Positions 38,484-47,499 of a stretch of 64,000 nucleotides of DNA are shown one piece after another; the stretch's first letter is position 1, and each line of letters begins with the position of its first letter. Source of the DNA: Candidatus Aenigmatarchaeota archaeon (GTDB taxonomy: Archaea; Aenigmatarchaeota; Aenigmatarchaeia; CG10238-14; SpSt-28); contig JANXEV010000001.1 in NCBI GenBank assembly GCA_025057985.1, positions 11,131 to 75,130 on the forward strand, given 5' to 3'. The notes under the pieces were generated by a model. The model saw nothing but the letters and a program-made list of their open reading frames with translations, was not told the DNA's origin and ran no database searches. A program made the translations under genes and the position numbers.

Positions 38484-38648
38484 ATTTTTTGATAAAAATA
38501 TTTCTTTGTAAAGAAATTTTTTTAAATAAAAATTTTCTCCTTGAAGTTATGAGGTACGTATATAGAAGTGGGGAAATCATCGAAGAAGATGGCACGGTAA
38601 TAAGAGAGTTAAAAGAAGTTGGAAAAGAACTGATATAAAAGAAGGTGT

Positions 38649-38942
38649 TTAGGCCTTTTGAACTTCTTCTTTAGAGACTTCTCCCTCTTGTGGTGTTGAT
38701 GCTACTATATGTTTTGTGATTACAACATCTCCAACTGCTTGAACAACTGAATATGGAACTATCACTCTTTTACCACCCAAAAGTCTACCCATTTCTGTGT
38801 TTGGTGAAGTTTCTATAACTAGTGCTCGTATTCTGAAAGTAGAAATGTCAATATCTATGTCTTTTAACTCTCCTAGATAATATCCCTTGTTTGTGAAAAC
38901 ATCTTTACCAAACATCTCTGTTACTTCTTTTATACTCACCAT
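38649..38942 (-). CDS. PRC-barrel domain protein
   Basis: The 97-aa small barrel has a G-x-x-L-G-x-V-x-D-h-x-h-D pattern (GYYLGELKDIDIDIST). Confidence 0.55.
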   Translation of the reverse strand: MVSIKEVTEMFGKDVFTNKGYYLGELKDIDIDISTFRIRALVIETSPNTEMGRLLGGKRVIVPYSVVQAVGDVVITKHIVASTPQEGEVSKEEVQKA

Positions 38943-39009
38943 CTCAATCCCTCCGATTTTTTATTTTAAATTCCTAATATAAAAGTTTAAGAAAACAATT
39001 TCTATCTAT

Positions 39010-39094
39010 GCTGGGGTGGCCGAACCTGGTTAAGGCGCAGGTCTGCTAAGCCTGTGGGCTTACGCCCTTGCGGGTTCAAATCCCGCCCCCAGCG
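39010..39094 (+). tRNA. tRNA-Ser (anticodon GCU), long variable arm
   Basis: Acceptor GCTGGGG/CCCCAGC, 3-bp D-stem GCC/GGC, anticodon stem CAGGT/GCCTG with loop CUGCUAA, variable stem-loop GGGC-TTAC-GCCC, T-arm GCGGG-TTCAAAT-CCCGC. Confidence 0.8.
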
Positions 39095-39107
39095 ATTGTG
39101 TGGTTGT

Positions 39108-39743
39108 ATGAAACGGGCGGAAATCGTAAGTTTTAGGGACGTTATAAAAAGTGGAAGATTCTCTAAATACACACCTAGTTTGTTGATCGCTAAAGAGCTA
39201 GGTTTAAAGTACCTAATCGTAGAAGAGAACAACATCACAGGACCTGCTGTAGGAACTACTATTTTAGTTGATAAAATAACAAAAATTTTGAAAATAGAAA
39301 ACATGCTCGACCTGTGTTGTGGTACTGGAGCATTGACGAAAATTGCCATTGAAAACGGTGTAAAGAAAATTTTCGTCTTGGACAAAAACTTAAAAGCGGT
39401 TAAAGAAAATCTTAAACCACTTCAAAAATTCATCGAATTCATAGAGGGCGATATTTTCAGATTTAAAACTACTGAATTTTTCGATCTAGTCGTTCTAGAC
39501 CCACCTAGGTATTTGATAGAAAAAATCGTAGAACGTTTCGACTTCTCAACGATAAACACAAACTTGTTTGTCATGTGGCATGGGAGTTTTTCAGAAGAGG
39601 GTTGGAATTCTTATGTAAGGGATAAACTCAGGAATTTCTTTGATAAGGTTTATTCTTTTTCTGTTTATGGGGAAGAGCTTAGTGTTTGTAGCGGCACTCA
39701 TACTGGTAAGAAAATGTTGGAAAGATTGATGAAAAAGTGGTGA
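39108..39743 (+). CDS. class I SAM-dependent methyltransferase with DPP(R)Y-type motif IV (RsmD / N6-adenine / m2G family; probable RNA methyltransferase)
   Basis: Motif I LDLCCGTGAL and motif IV VVLDPPRY are present. The start is set at the ATG 3' of tRNA-Ser, because the ORF-track start at 39054 lies inside the tRNA. Confidence 0.55.
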   Translation: MKRAEIVSFRDVIKSGRFSKYTPSLLIAKELGLKYLIVEENNITGPAVGTTILVDKITKILKIENMLDLCCGTGALTKIAIENGVKKIFVLDKNLKAVKENLKPLQKFIEFIEGDIFRFKTTEFFDLVVLDPPRYLIEKIVERFDFSTINTNLFVMWHGSFSEEGWNSYVRDKLRNFFDKVYSFSVYGEELSVCSGTHTGKKMLERLMKKW

Positions 39744-40204
39744 TGATGGAATGCATGATATGTGGTAAAGAATTAAAAATAGTCTATAAAGTTGAAATAG
39801 ACGGTAATATTATTGAAACGTGCGAAAATTGCGCAAAAGCTCATGGAAGGATTGTTGAGACTTTTAGAAGTGGGTATGAAAAGGAAATTAACTCGAAGTT
39901 TGAAAAGAGAGAAATAGATCCTATCGAAGAAGATATAGAATTAGTAGAAGACTTTAACGAACTAATAAGAAACAGTAGAGAAAAATTCGGATTAAGTTTA
40001 GAAGAAGCGGCAAGAAAACTTGGTATAAAAGAGAGTTTTTTAGCAAAAATAGAAAGCGGCGAAATTCTACCAGATAAAAAAACTTTAAAGAAGATGGAAA
40101 AATTCTTTAAAATCAAACTAGAGGAGAAAATTGAGTCAAAAAAATTAGAAAAGAAAAGCCAAGAAGATAAACTTAGAATCGCAGATATAGTTGAAATTAA
40201 ATAA
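39737..40204 (+). CDS. MBF1-like transcription co-factor (N-terminal zinc ribbon plus C-terminal XRE-type HTH)
   Basis: The zinc ribbon C-x2-C...C-x2-C (CMICGK...CENCAK) and the HTH_3 segment (LSLEEAARKLGIKESFLAKIESGE) are the archaeal MBF1 architecture. Confidence 0.65.
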   Translation: MVMMECMICGKELKIVYKVEIDGNIIETCENCAKAHGRIVETFRSGYEKEINSKFEKREIDPIEEDIELVEDFNELIRNSREKFGLSLEEAARKLGIKESFLAKIESGEILPDKKTLKKMEKFFKIKLEEKIESKKLEKKSQEDKLRIADIVEIK

Positions 40205-40206
40205 TC

Positions 40207-40479
40207 TCATAAGCTTTTTTTAATAACCTTCTTTAACTCTTCGACTTTCTTCAACAAACCGTCAACAGCTTGGGTTAAAGCATCCGCTACTTCTCCTTTC
40301 TTTACCTTTACCCAAAGTTTCACCTCACTGAGATATGGGTGTTCCCTAAAACTAGCTGCCTCCGATACGTTCTTATTTTCCCAAAGTTCCTCTTCCAACA
40401 ATGATGCTAAGGTAAATGTTTCTCCTCTTAGTTCTAAAAGAGCAGTATCCGAGTTCCCTTTTATTTTCACAATCTCCAT
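40207..40479 (-). CDS. rpoL: DNA-directed RNA polymerase subunit L (Rpb11 homologue)
   Basis: The 90-aa protein (LELRGETFTLASLLEEEL ... HPYLSEVKLWVK) matches the RpoL/Rpb11 dimerisation fold pattern. Confidence 0.65.
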   Translation of the reverse strand: MEIVKIKGNSDTALLELRGETFTLASLLEEELWENKNVSEAASFREHPYLSEVKLWVKVKKGEVADALTQAVDGLLKKVEELKKVIKKSL

Positions 40480-40513
40480 ACTCTCTGTATTGTTTTCACA
40501 CCTTTTAAATATT

Positions 40514-41752
40514 TCAGTACGGGAGTCCTAGACCGAAGCTCGCAAAATAAATTTCTAAAACATCGTAATTCTCCACGTCAACAAAAGGCACTAATATCGT
40601 TCTTCTAGTAAAAGTGCCGTAATAATTTACTTTTTCTGAAACCGTTAGTATCAAAGACAATAAAGCAAGTTTCTGATCGTGGGTAGCGGTATCGTATCTA
40701 TCAAAATTCGCTATCCATGCGACTCTAGTAGTGTTGATGGTTGAAACTGGAACTTTTTTCCCATCGTTATAAATTCCAGAATACAGGAAAATCTTGTTTT
40801 GATCCTCGTCCACCGTTTTTACTCGATTAGGTCCAGTAAAATCAGTAAAGTTGTATGTTTTCTTAAAGGAAACGGAAATAGAATAGTTAGTGACATAAGA
40901 AAGCGTGAAGTTGTAACCAAACAATCTAAAATTTTCTCTTTCTCTAACTCTCGTCTCAGGTGTCGTGTAAAATTTAACTTCTCTAGAAGTAGAATTAATT
41001 TCAAACATAACCACATAATTCCTGAATGTAAAATACCCTAAATAATTCCCTGTTGTCGGGTTGGTTTCGTTCGCTTTAATCATCAATGGTAGATTGTAGA
41101 AATATTTATATGGTATATAAACATGATCATAAACACTCACGGGGCTGTGTACCATAACTTCTTCTGTCACTACAACTTCTTGTGTTGGCTCTAAACCGAA
41201 AATCTCTATAGAAGTTTTATCTACTTCAGAAGGAAAGTCAAAAAATCCCAATATTCCTTTACCTTTTGAGAGGTACGTAAGTAAACTATCCCTATAATCC
41301 GTTAGATTTTTATAGTCACAGATTATCAGTAAATTCGAGTAATCTGGTATTTTTGATAAATTTGAGGGTATAAAGTAAATAGAAACCTCTCTTCTATTGA
41401 ACTTCAATTCTCCGAACCAGCTATACAATTTTCTGATTTGGTTGGTGCTACAATTTGCAGCAACGATAATGTTAGGTTTGATTAGATTTTTTGTAGAGAA
41501 AAAAACCGCATAACCTAAATTTCTTAAAACATAACCAGAAAACTCGTCGGAATATGTCATGTTAGTAAACAAAAAATATGTGTGGTTTATGTTGTCTAAA
41601 GTTTGTAAAAAATCTCTAGAAATTACAAAAAGATTAGCCGTTTCTTTTCCTGATGTAATTTGAGGAGGTTTAAATATAAGGTAGAACGAAGTAAAGATAA
41701 TAACAATCGCCCCAATTACTTCAAGTATGGACATTTGTCCTAATATACCCAT
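40514..41752 (-). CDS. pilus-operon protein with N-terminal hydrophobic (pilin-like) anchor, 412 aa; candidate minor pilin or tip/pseudopilin
   Basis: The N-terminus MGILGQMSILEVIGAIVIIFTSFYLIF has a Glu a few residues after a Gly, as in type IV prepilins. It is the last gene of the 8-gene minus-strand operon. Confidence 0.3.
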   Translation of the reverse strand: MGILGQMSILEVIGAIVIIFTSFYLIFKPPQITSGKETANLFVISRDFLQTLDNINHTYFLFTNMTYSDEFSGYVLRNLGYAVFFSTKNLIKPNIIVAANCSTNQIRKLYSWFGELKFNRREVSIYFIPSNLSKIPDYSNLLIICDYKNLTDYRDSLLTYLSKGKGILGFFDFPSEVDKTSIEIFGLEPTQEVVVTEEVMVHSPVSVYDHVYIPYKYFYNLPLMIKANETNPTTGNYLGYFTFRNYVVMFEINSTSREVKFYTTPETRVRERENFRLFGYNFTLSYVTNYSISVSFKKTYNFTDFTGPNRVKTVDEDQNKIFLYSGIYNDGKKVPVSTINTTRVAWIANFDRYDTATHDQKLALLSLILTVSEKVNYYGTFTRRTILVPFVDVENYDVLEIYFASFGLGLPY

Positions 41753-42240
41753 ATTATCAACTCCCCATAACTTTTTCCATCATCCATTGCTGCTATTCTA
41801 CTTATTTTCGCAACATTTTCCCCATACATAACTCGAGTACAATTTATAACATAAGAGTTGTTCGTAAGTTTAAAGACAATACTGATGTTATAGTTAACTC
41901 CTAGAAGTTTTTTAAACGTATCGTAATTTTGGTTACATGTAGAATTCAAAGCTATAGCTTTAACTTGAGAGAGTACATTTAAAGTTTGAAAAGATTCATT
42001 CTGTAAACCTATCCTTTTAGCATTGGATATATCCAAGTACCAATTTCTTGGCTCTCCAGGATCGTTTATCAATAGCTGGGAAATTTTATAAGCCTGTGAA
42101 TATAAAACTTCTTTCTTTAGTTCTACAGAAAAAGCAGGATAGTATACAACGATTTCGTAAAACAAAAAAACAACAGAAGTTATGAATATCATAAGTGCAA
42201 CATAAAATTCATAACCACTTTGTGTTTTCATCTCACACAC
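41740..42240 (-). CDS. pilus-operon small protein with N-terminal TM helix (TadE/TadF-like pseudopilin candidate)
   Basis: It is 166 aa with an N-terminal hydrophobic helix (YEFYVALMIFITSVVFLFYEIVVYY). Its position is like TadE/F in bacterial tad loci. Confidence 0.3.
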   Translation of the reverse strand: MCEMKTQSGYEFYVALMIFITSVVFLFYEIVVYYPAFSVELKKEVLYSQAYKISQLLINDPGEPRNWYLDISNAKRIGLQNESFQTLNVLSQVKAIALNSTCNQNYDTFKKLLGVNYNISIVFKLTNNSYVINCTRVMYGENVAKISRIAAMDDGKSYGELIIWVY

Positions 42241-43159
42241 CTATTATACCTATTTTATAAATCATTAGGAAAGCGCCTACGATTATAGAAGCTAAAATTA
42301 TACTGTGTTTAACACCAGCTCTGGGAGAACCTTCAGCTATTTCACCGGCAACAATACCAGCGAAAATCGCTTGAATTAGTGAGAGGAAGAAAAACAAAGA
42401 AATATAGTAAAAATTATCCTCTTTGGCCCCGAACAATGAAAATGCAACATACCTGTAAAGATCACAAATTTGGCATGAAATTCCAACACAATTTGCACAG
42501 GGATTACTTAAAGCAATAGAAGTTAGCTGCGGATTGGAAAGTATTGGTATCAAAAGTCTTTGAATCATTATAACTACGACCAGGAAAATTATCGAAATGG
42601 CATAAATCATGACTACATACTGGTTCAGCATCGATCTTCTATCTTTTTCCAATTGTTCTAGAGTCTCAAAAGATTCGGACAATGATGTCAAAACCGCTAC
42701 AGTGTTTCCTCCTGAGTTATAAGCTTCCTTTAAAATTTTTACAGCCGTAGAAATTTTTTTGCTCTTTTTCATTCTACTAGAAAATCTATCAAGTACCCTA
42801 TTAATTGGTATGTGCCAACTTATTTGATTAGCCATCCATTTTATCTCTTTACTCAAGGTTCCGTAATCATATTTTGTTACAGTTGATATAGCTTTCGGCA
42901 AACTCATGCCACTATTCAAAGCCTCAGTTAGATCGCGTAAAAAAATTGGAAACTTTTCTTCCATTTCTTTAAATTCTCTATACTTTTTGTACTCAAAAAT
43001 AGAAAAAACTCCAAAAATAAAGATAACGGATAACAAAATAGAATTTCCTAAAACACCTACATCGTTTGAGATATAACCAATCGAAACTAAAAAACAGCCT
43101 ATAAGTATCGAAAATATTTTAATTTTGATCTCTGTGCTTAGTTCTAAAAATTTTTCCAT
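42233..43159 (-). CDS. TadC/FlaJ-like polytopic membrane protein, half-size
   Basis: 308 aa with TM helices at both ends and a cytoplasmic domain, downstream of a TadB-like gene and the ATPase. Confidence 0.55.
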   Translation of the reverse strand: MEKFLELSTEIKIKIFSILIGCFLVSIGYISNDVGVLGNSILLSVIFIFGVFSIFEYKKYREFKEMEEKFPIFLRDLTEALNSGMSLPKAISTVTKYDYGTLSKEIKWMANQISWHIPINRVLDRFSSRMKKSKKISTAVKILKEAYNSGGNTVAVLTSLSESFETLEQLEKDRRSMLNQYVVMIYAISIIFLVVVIMIQRLLIPILSNPQLTSIALSNPCANCVGISCQICDLYRYVAFSLFGAKEDNFYYISLFFFLSLIQAIFAGIVAGEIAEGSPRAGVKHSIILASIIVGAFLMIYKIGIIGV

Positions 43160-43185
43160 TAGTATATTTAAATTCTATTAAAAAA

Positions 43186-44058
43186 TCACTCCCAGGTAGG
43201 CGCAGCTTTTTTGACCAAAAATAGGAACAAAATGGAAACCGCTGGTAAAAATATGAAAATCATAAAAAACTGCATACCTAAAATACCTTGTGTTCCTCCT
43301 CCCAACACTGATATGAGAGAAGTTAATATGGTGAAAAATATAGTACCCAAAACTATTGATGTTAGGTATATTTGAACGTAAATGGTCATACTTCTTGAAA
43401 ACTCAGAAATAGTTCTTTTATAATCTATCATATACTCTACCGTCCTGTCTTTCAAAAAGTTATACAAACTCCCACCGCTCCTTAAAGTAGCTAGTATACC
43501 ATATAAAAACTCTCTGAACTTTCTGGAAGGTGATCTATTGACTGCTCTTTCCAGAGAACTGATTATATCCAAACCGTAAAACTCTACATCTTCAACCATT
43601 TTCTTAAACTCTCTTCTAACCTCATTATCATCGCTAAACTCAGTATAAACTTTAATAGCTCGATGTAAAGGTAGGCCAGAACTTAATATAGAAGTTAAAT
43701 ACAGTGTAGAGAATGGTAAAACTTTGTCTATGTTTTTTTCTCTTTGTTTAACAATCGTCTTTGGATACTTCAAATGAATAAGAAAAACTACAATCGGTAT
43801 TCCTATACTAATCAAAATAGAAGCCATGTACGAAAACAGAAAAGATTTACTTGCTATAGAGAAAGAAAAGGCTAAAAAAGGTAAGACCACAATGAAGGAT
43901 AAAAGCGCGGTAAAAATAGAACTTGATATATACTCCTGGGGTGTTTTTTTAATGTTACTCCTTTTTAAATCGTCGACAAGATCGGGAAAGTACCTTTCCA
44001 AATTTTTTGCTACTTCGCCAAACAACTTAAAAGCATACCTATCAAACATTTCATTCAC
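43186..44058 (-). CDS. TadB/FlaJ-like polytopic membrane protein, half-size
   Basis: 290 aa with the same topology as 7206..8075. Confidence 0.55.
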   Translation of the reverse strand: MNEMFDRYAFKLFGEVAKNLERYFPDLVDDLKRSNIKKTPQEYISSSIFTALLSFIVVLPFLAFSFSIASKSFLFSYMASILISIGIPIVVFLIHLKYPKTIVKQREKNIDKVLPFSTLYLTSILSSGLPLHRAIKVYTEFSDDNEVRREFKKMVEDVEFYGLDIISSLERAVNRSPSRKFREFLYGILATLRSGGSLYNFLKDRTVEYMIDYKRTISEFSRSMTIYVQIYLTSIVLGTIFFTILTSLISVLGGGTQGILGMQFFMIFIFLPAVSILFLFLVKKAAPTWE

Positions 44059-45883
44059 TTATCATAGCCAATACTCTGTTTGGCATAGTGTAGTAAGCGT
44101 TTATTATCGTATAAACGTCTTTGAAATTAACTATATCGTGGTCTTTCATCCATTTCAGAATTGCAACCCTTCTTTGAAACTCATCCATGATCTCTTTTTC
44201 ACTTATACCAGTAAGTTGTGAAATCTTTTTAAGGACAACACTCATTTCGCCTATTTCAAAAACATCCTTGTAAGCGTTCCAAGTAAAGACCTTGTTATAA
44301 ACCGGTTTGTCATAGCCTTTTGGAAAACCAACTATCTCCACGATCTCAGTAATTCTCCTCACAAATTTCTCTTTATACCTCATTCTCTGCATAAACACGA
44401 CGATATCCAGACTTCCTATTAGACCTTCTGGTAAAGATATAGGTGGTGTTGTTAATCTATCTATCAGTTTATCTATGTTTTCAGCGTGAATAGTGGCAAA
44501 ACTTGGATGTCCTGTAGCCATTTGCTGAAATAGGACGTAGGCTTCTTGTCCTCTCACTTCTCCCACTATTATGTAGTCTGGTCTTTGTCTAAGGCTTTCT
44601 ATCAATAAATGAAACAAATCAACCTCACCTACTTTTCCGGTAGAAATCGGGACCCTAGCTACCATCGGCACCCAGTGTGTGTGTGGTAAAATTATTTCGG
44701 CTGTATCTTCTATTGACACGATTTTCTTTTCCGGTCTTATAAACAAAGAAAGGACGTTTAATATAGTTGTTTTTCCACTTGCGGTCCCTCCAGAAACAAG
44801 TATACTTCTTCCAAAATCCACAGCCATCCAGAGATATGCTAAGACTCTTTCATCGGCCGTACCATATTTCATCACATGGACAGGCGTCAAAGGTTCTTTC
44901 ATGAATTTTCTAAGAGTAAAATTGCTTCCTCTTCTAGCTATATCAGTAGCAAGCGTTGCTTGTAGTCTAGTTCCATCGGGTAGAGTTCCGTTGACAAGTG
45001 GCTCAGCAATAGAAACTGATTTCCCCGCAAGTTGAGCTAATCTTACTATAAAAGAATCCAATTCTTCAGAACTTTCAAAAACGATATTTGTTTCTATACT
45101 GCCTAACCTAGGATCTCTGTGGAAAACAAAAATTGGCAGGCCAACACCATCACAACTTATATCTTCTATATTTTGGTCCTGCATCAAAGGATCTATTTTT
45201 CCAAAACCAAGAAAATCTCTTTCCAGATAGTACCTCAAATTCTCATACTCGTCTTCAGTCAATCTAAATTTAAAATATCTGATTATCTCATCTAATTGGT
45301 TTTTTAGGTATTCCTTCGCTCTCAACAAGTTCAGTTTAGACAGATCAACATCTAATCTTTGTTCCAACAGTTCCTCTATCCGTTTTTTCATATTCTTTAG
45401 TCTATCGTCCAACTTTGGCTCTATAACAAAATAAATATACTTCCCTTTGGTCTCGTCAAAATATATATTAACTTGCGAGAAAACTCTTTCTCCTGGCTTG
45501 GGATTTTTCGGAACCAAAGGATAACTCAATCTAAACCTTTCTACTTTTTCGTCCTCCAAACTCGCTGGCACTATTTTTAACGATCTTGGAATTTTTATAC
45601 CCTCTACTTTAACCTCGATCCTATCTTTCTTTTCTTCCTTCTCCTCTTCTTTTTTTTCTTCCTTTTTGATCTCTGGTGTTTTTTCAGTAGGTTTTTCTCG
45701 AATGATTTCCTGTTTGATTATGATTGGGTATCCTATTGGTTTTGTTTCCTCAGTGCCACTGTAAATTTTTCTTAAGCTATCTCCTCCCTCTAAAAGAAGT
45801 TTTGAAAGATCTAACTCTTTAGAGTAAATCTTTTTCCCACCTATAACAAGTTTTTTAAAAATTTTTCTAGCCCGCATAATCAC
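44051..45883 (-). CDS. FlaI/TadA/VirB11-family secretion ATPase (second copy) with K/E-rich N-terminal extension
   Basis: Walker A GGTASGKTT, Asp box DYIIVGEVRGQEA and a His box are present. N-terminal residues around 60-100 are low-complexity K/E-rich. Confidence 0.8.
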   Translation of the reverse strand: MIMRARKIFKKLVIGGKKIYSKELDLSKLLLEGGDSLRKIYSGTEETKPIGYPIIIKQEIIREKPTEKTPEIKKEEKKEEEKEEKKDRIEVKVEGIKIPRSLKIVPASLEDEKVERFRLSYPLVPKNPKPGERVFSQVNIYFDETKGKYIYFVIEPKLDDRLKNMKKRIEELLEQRLDVDLSKLNLLRAKEYLKNQLDEIIRYFKFRLTEDEYENLRYYLERDFLGFGKIDPLMQDQNIEDISCDGVGLPIFVFHRDPRLGSIETNIVFESSEELDSFIVRLAQLAGKSVSIAEPLVNGTLPDGTRLQATLATDIARRGSNFTLRKFMKEPLTPVHVMKYGTADERVLAYLWMAVDFGRSILVSGGTASGKTTILNVLSLFIRPEKKIVSIEDTAEIILPHTHWVPMVARVPISTGKVGEVDLFHLLIESLRQRPDYIIVGEVRGQEAYVLFQQMATGHPSFATIHAENIDKLIDRLTTPPISLPEGLIGSLDIVVFMQRMRYKEKFVRRITEIVEIVGFPKGYDKPVYNKVFTWNAYKDVFEIGEMSVVLKKISQLTGISEKEIMDEFQRRVAILKWMKDHDIVNFKDVYTIINAYYTMPNRVLAMISE

Positions 45884-46314
45884 CCCAATATTCTAATTCT
45901 ATTTTCGGTTTTATTAAAGTAAAATGTTATGGGGTAAGAAGGGACTGTTATGTTTTTATCCTCCAAAAGATAGGTGTAGTTTAAGTTATGTAAATTTATA
46001 TTCGTTCTCTTCTCATAAAAAAGATCCATTATATACATGTTTTTCAAGTTAATCTCATAATTGCTTTCAACTATTTTTGCTGGTATAGAAAGCTTAAAAG
46101 AGGTTACATTACATTTTTTACAAGAGGTTACAACTTCGACTGTAGCCGTGGATAAAAACTCTGAGACCAGTTCTCTATAATTTGTGGACATGTAGTCCTG
46201 TACGAAGTTGGTATGCGAAACTAGAAAAGAATAAACCGAAGAAAAAACAGACAAGCCTATTATAAAAAAAAGTACAAACTGGACTACTTGGACCTGAGAT
46301 TTCATAGCATCCAT
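45880..46314 (-). CDS. pilin-like small protein (N-terminal hydrophobic helix), minor pilin candidate
   Basis: The N-terminus is MDAMKSQVQVVQFVLFFIIGLSVF. It is 144 aa and lies between the major pilin-like gene and the ATPase. Confidence 0.35.
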   Translation of the reverse strand: MDAMKSQVQVVQFVLFFIIGLSVFSSVYSFLVSHTNFVQDYMSTNYRELVSEFLSTATVEVVTSCKKCNVTSFKLSIPAKIVESNYEINLKNMYIMDLFYEKRTNINLHNLNYTYLLEDKNITVPSYPITFYFNKTENRIRILG

Positions 46315-46316
46315 AT

Positions 46317-46943
46317 CTATACTACTATTCTTAGTGTTATAACTGTTATCCTTTTCCCACCTTCTTGATAGGTATCAACATTCTCTCTCGAAATTCTTAT
46401 ATTTTTTAAAGTGCTCCTTTCTATAGGAGCAGAAGTTAAAATTCTGGTGTAAAAGGCTTGATGTTCTGAGTCTAGATTTCTAGCAAAGAGTGTGTAGGTT
46501 ATGTTAAAACCGTCAGCGACTTGAGAACCTGAAATGCATACGACGAATGGTGATTTTGCTCCGGCTAACCCTACCTCTGGTGGACATTTTTCACCTGGTG
46601 TCAATGATATGTATTGATTCGATCTTATATTTGTAACCTTAGAAAAGAAAGAAAAGGATATGGAGTTGTTGTATGGTGAGTTTTCTGTATAACTTCTTAC
46701 CTCCCAAACCCCATCAACACCGATGTTTATACTATCACTTCCACCGAAATTAGAAATATATTCTAGTTTTTTTACTAAAGAGTTTGTTAGTTCAGGTGAA
46801 AAAACCGATGCGACTTTCTCCAGTTGTGCTCTATCTTGAGTTTTTTGAATTAATGGGTAGCCATACATCAAAGCCGTCGCGATCAACCCAATAGATATTA
46901 TCACTATTAGTACTATCGATATTACTTCGGAAACACCTTTCAT
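46317..46943 (-). CDS. archaeal type IV pilin-like protein (class III signal peptide), 208 aa
   Basis: The N-terminus is MKG|VSEVISIVLIVIISIGLIATA. It is the second gene of the 8-gene pilus operon. Confidence 0.55.
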   Translation of the reverse strand: MKGVSEVISIVLIVIISIGLIATALMYGYPLIQKTQDRAQLEKVASVFSPELTNSLVKKLEYISNFGGSDSINIGVDGVWEVRSYTENSPYNNSISFSFFSKVTNIRSNQYISLTPGEKCPPEVGLAGAKSPFVVCISGSQVADGFNITYTLFARNLDSEHQAFYTRILTSAPIERSTLKNIRISRENVDTYQEGGKRITVITLRIVV

Positions 46944-46949
46944 GCTTGC

Positions 46950-47435
46950 TTACCCTATCTTTTGTTGTGAAATGGGTGGTCTTAACGGAACTGGTGGTGT
47001 AGGTACGCTAGGTTTAGTTAGTTTTTTGGAAACTTGCTCCATTAAACTTAATAAACTCTCATTCGTTTCTAGTATTTTGTTGTTAATCTCTGCCAATTTT
47101 TCTATTTTCTCCACAAGCGGTTTTATCTCGATTGTAGTTTTTGTTTCCTCTTCTTCCTCACCGGCTGCTTTTATTAGCTCGATCAATTCTTCGATTTTCT
47201 TAGTCAATTCTTCTATTTTTAAAGGAAGTTTAGAGAGCTCTATCCTTAAAGAATCGTTCGCTTTTATCAAAGCGTCAACAATCTCTTGATTCATTCTTAT
47301 TATACTAACCAATTCCCTGTAAATTTCAGTGTTGTTATATCCTGTTCTTTTCTCTAATTCCTCTATCTTCTTCTCTAACTTTCTCAAAGGGGTTACAGGA
47401 ATTAGTTCAAACTCTTCTTTTTTACTTTCTTCCAT
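46950..47435 (-). CDS. coiled-coil protein with Pro-rich C-terminus, first gene of the pilus operon
   Basis: It is 161 aa with heptad-like K/E/L/I repeats and a C-terminal PSVPTPPVPLRPPISQQKIG. No family was recognised. Confidence 0.3.
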   Translation of the reverse strand: MEESKKEEFELIPVTPLRKLEKKIEELEKRTGYNNTEIYRELVSIIRMNQEIVDALIKANDSLRIELSKLPLKIEELTKKIEELIELIKAAGEEEEETKTTIEIKPLVEKIEKLAEINNKILETNESLLSLMEQVSKKLTKPSVPTPPVPLRPPISQQKIG

Positions 47436-47499
47436 TAGGATATTATAAAATGTTAAAATAAAAATGTTAAAAAAAGAGGGAAGTTAGCTAGGGTAAAGT

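Noticed and set aside
38429-38638. 69-aa ORF downstream of the rhomboid gene
   Set aside because: The first half overlaps the rhomboid 3' end in another frame. The remaining MRYVYRSGEIIEEDGTVIRELKEVGKELI fragment is short and has no recognisable features. It is possibly real but unsupported.
39054-39107. ORF-track start for the methyltransferase at 39054 (MGLRPCGFKSRPQRLCGC...)
   Set aside because: These codons lie inside tRNA-Ser(GCU), which runs 39010..39094. The first ATG after the tRNA, at 39108, gives a sensible N-terminus.
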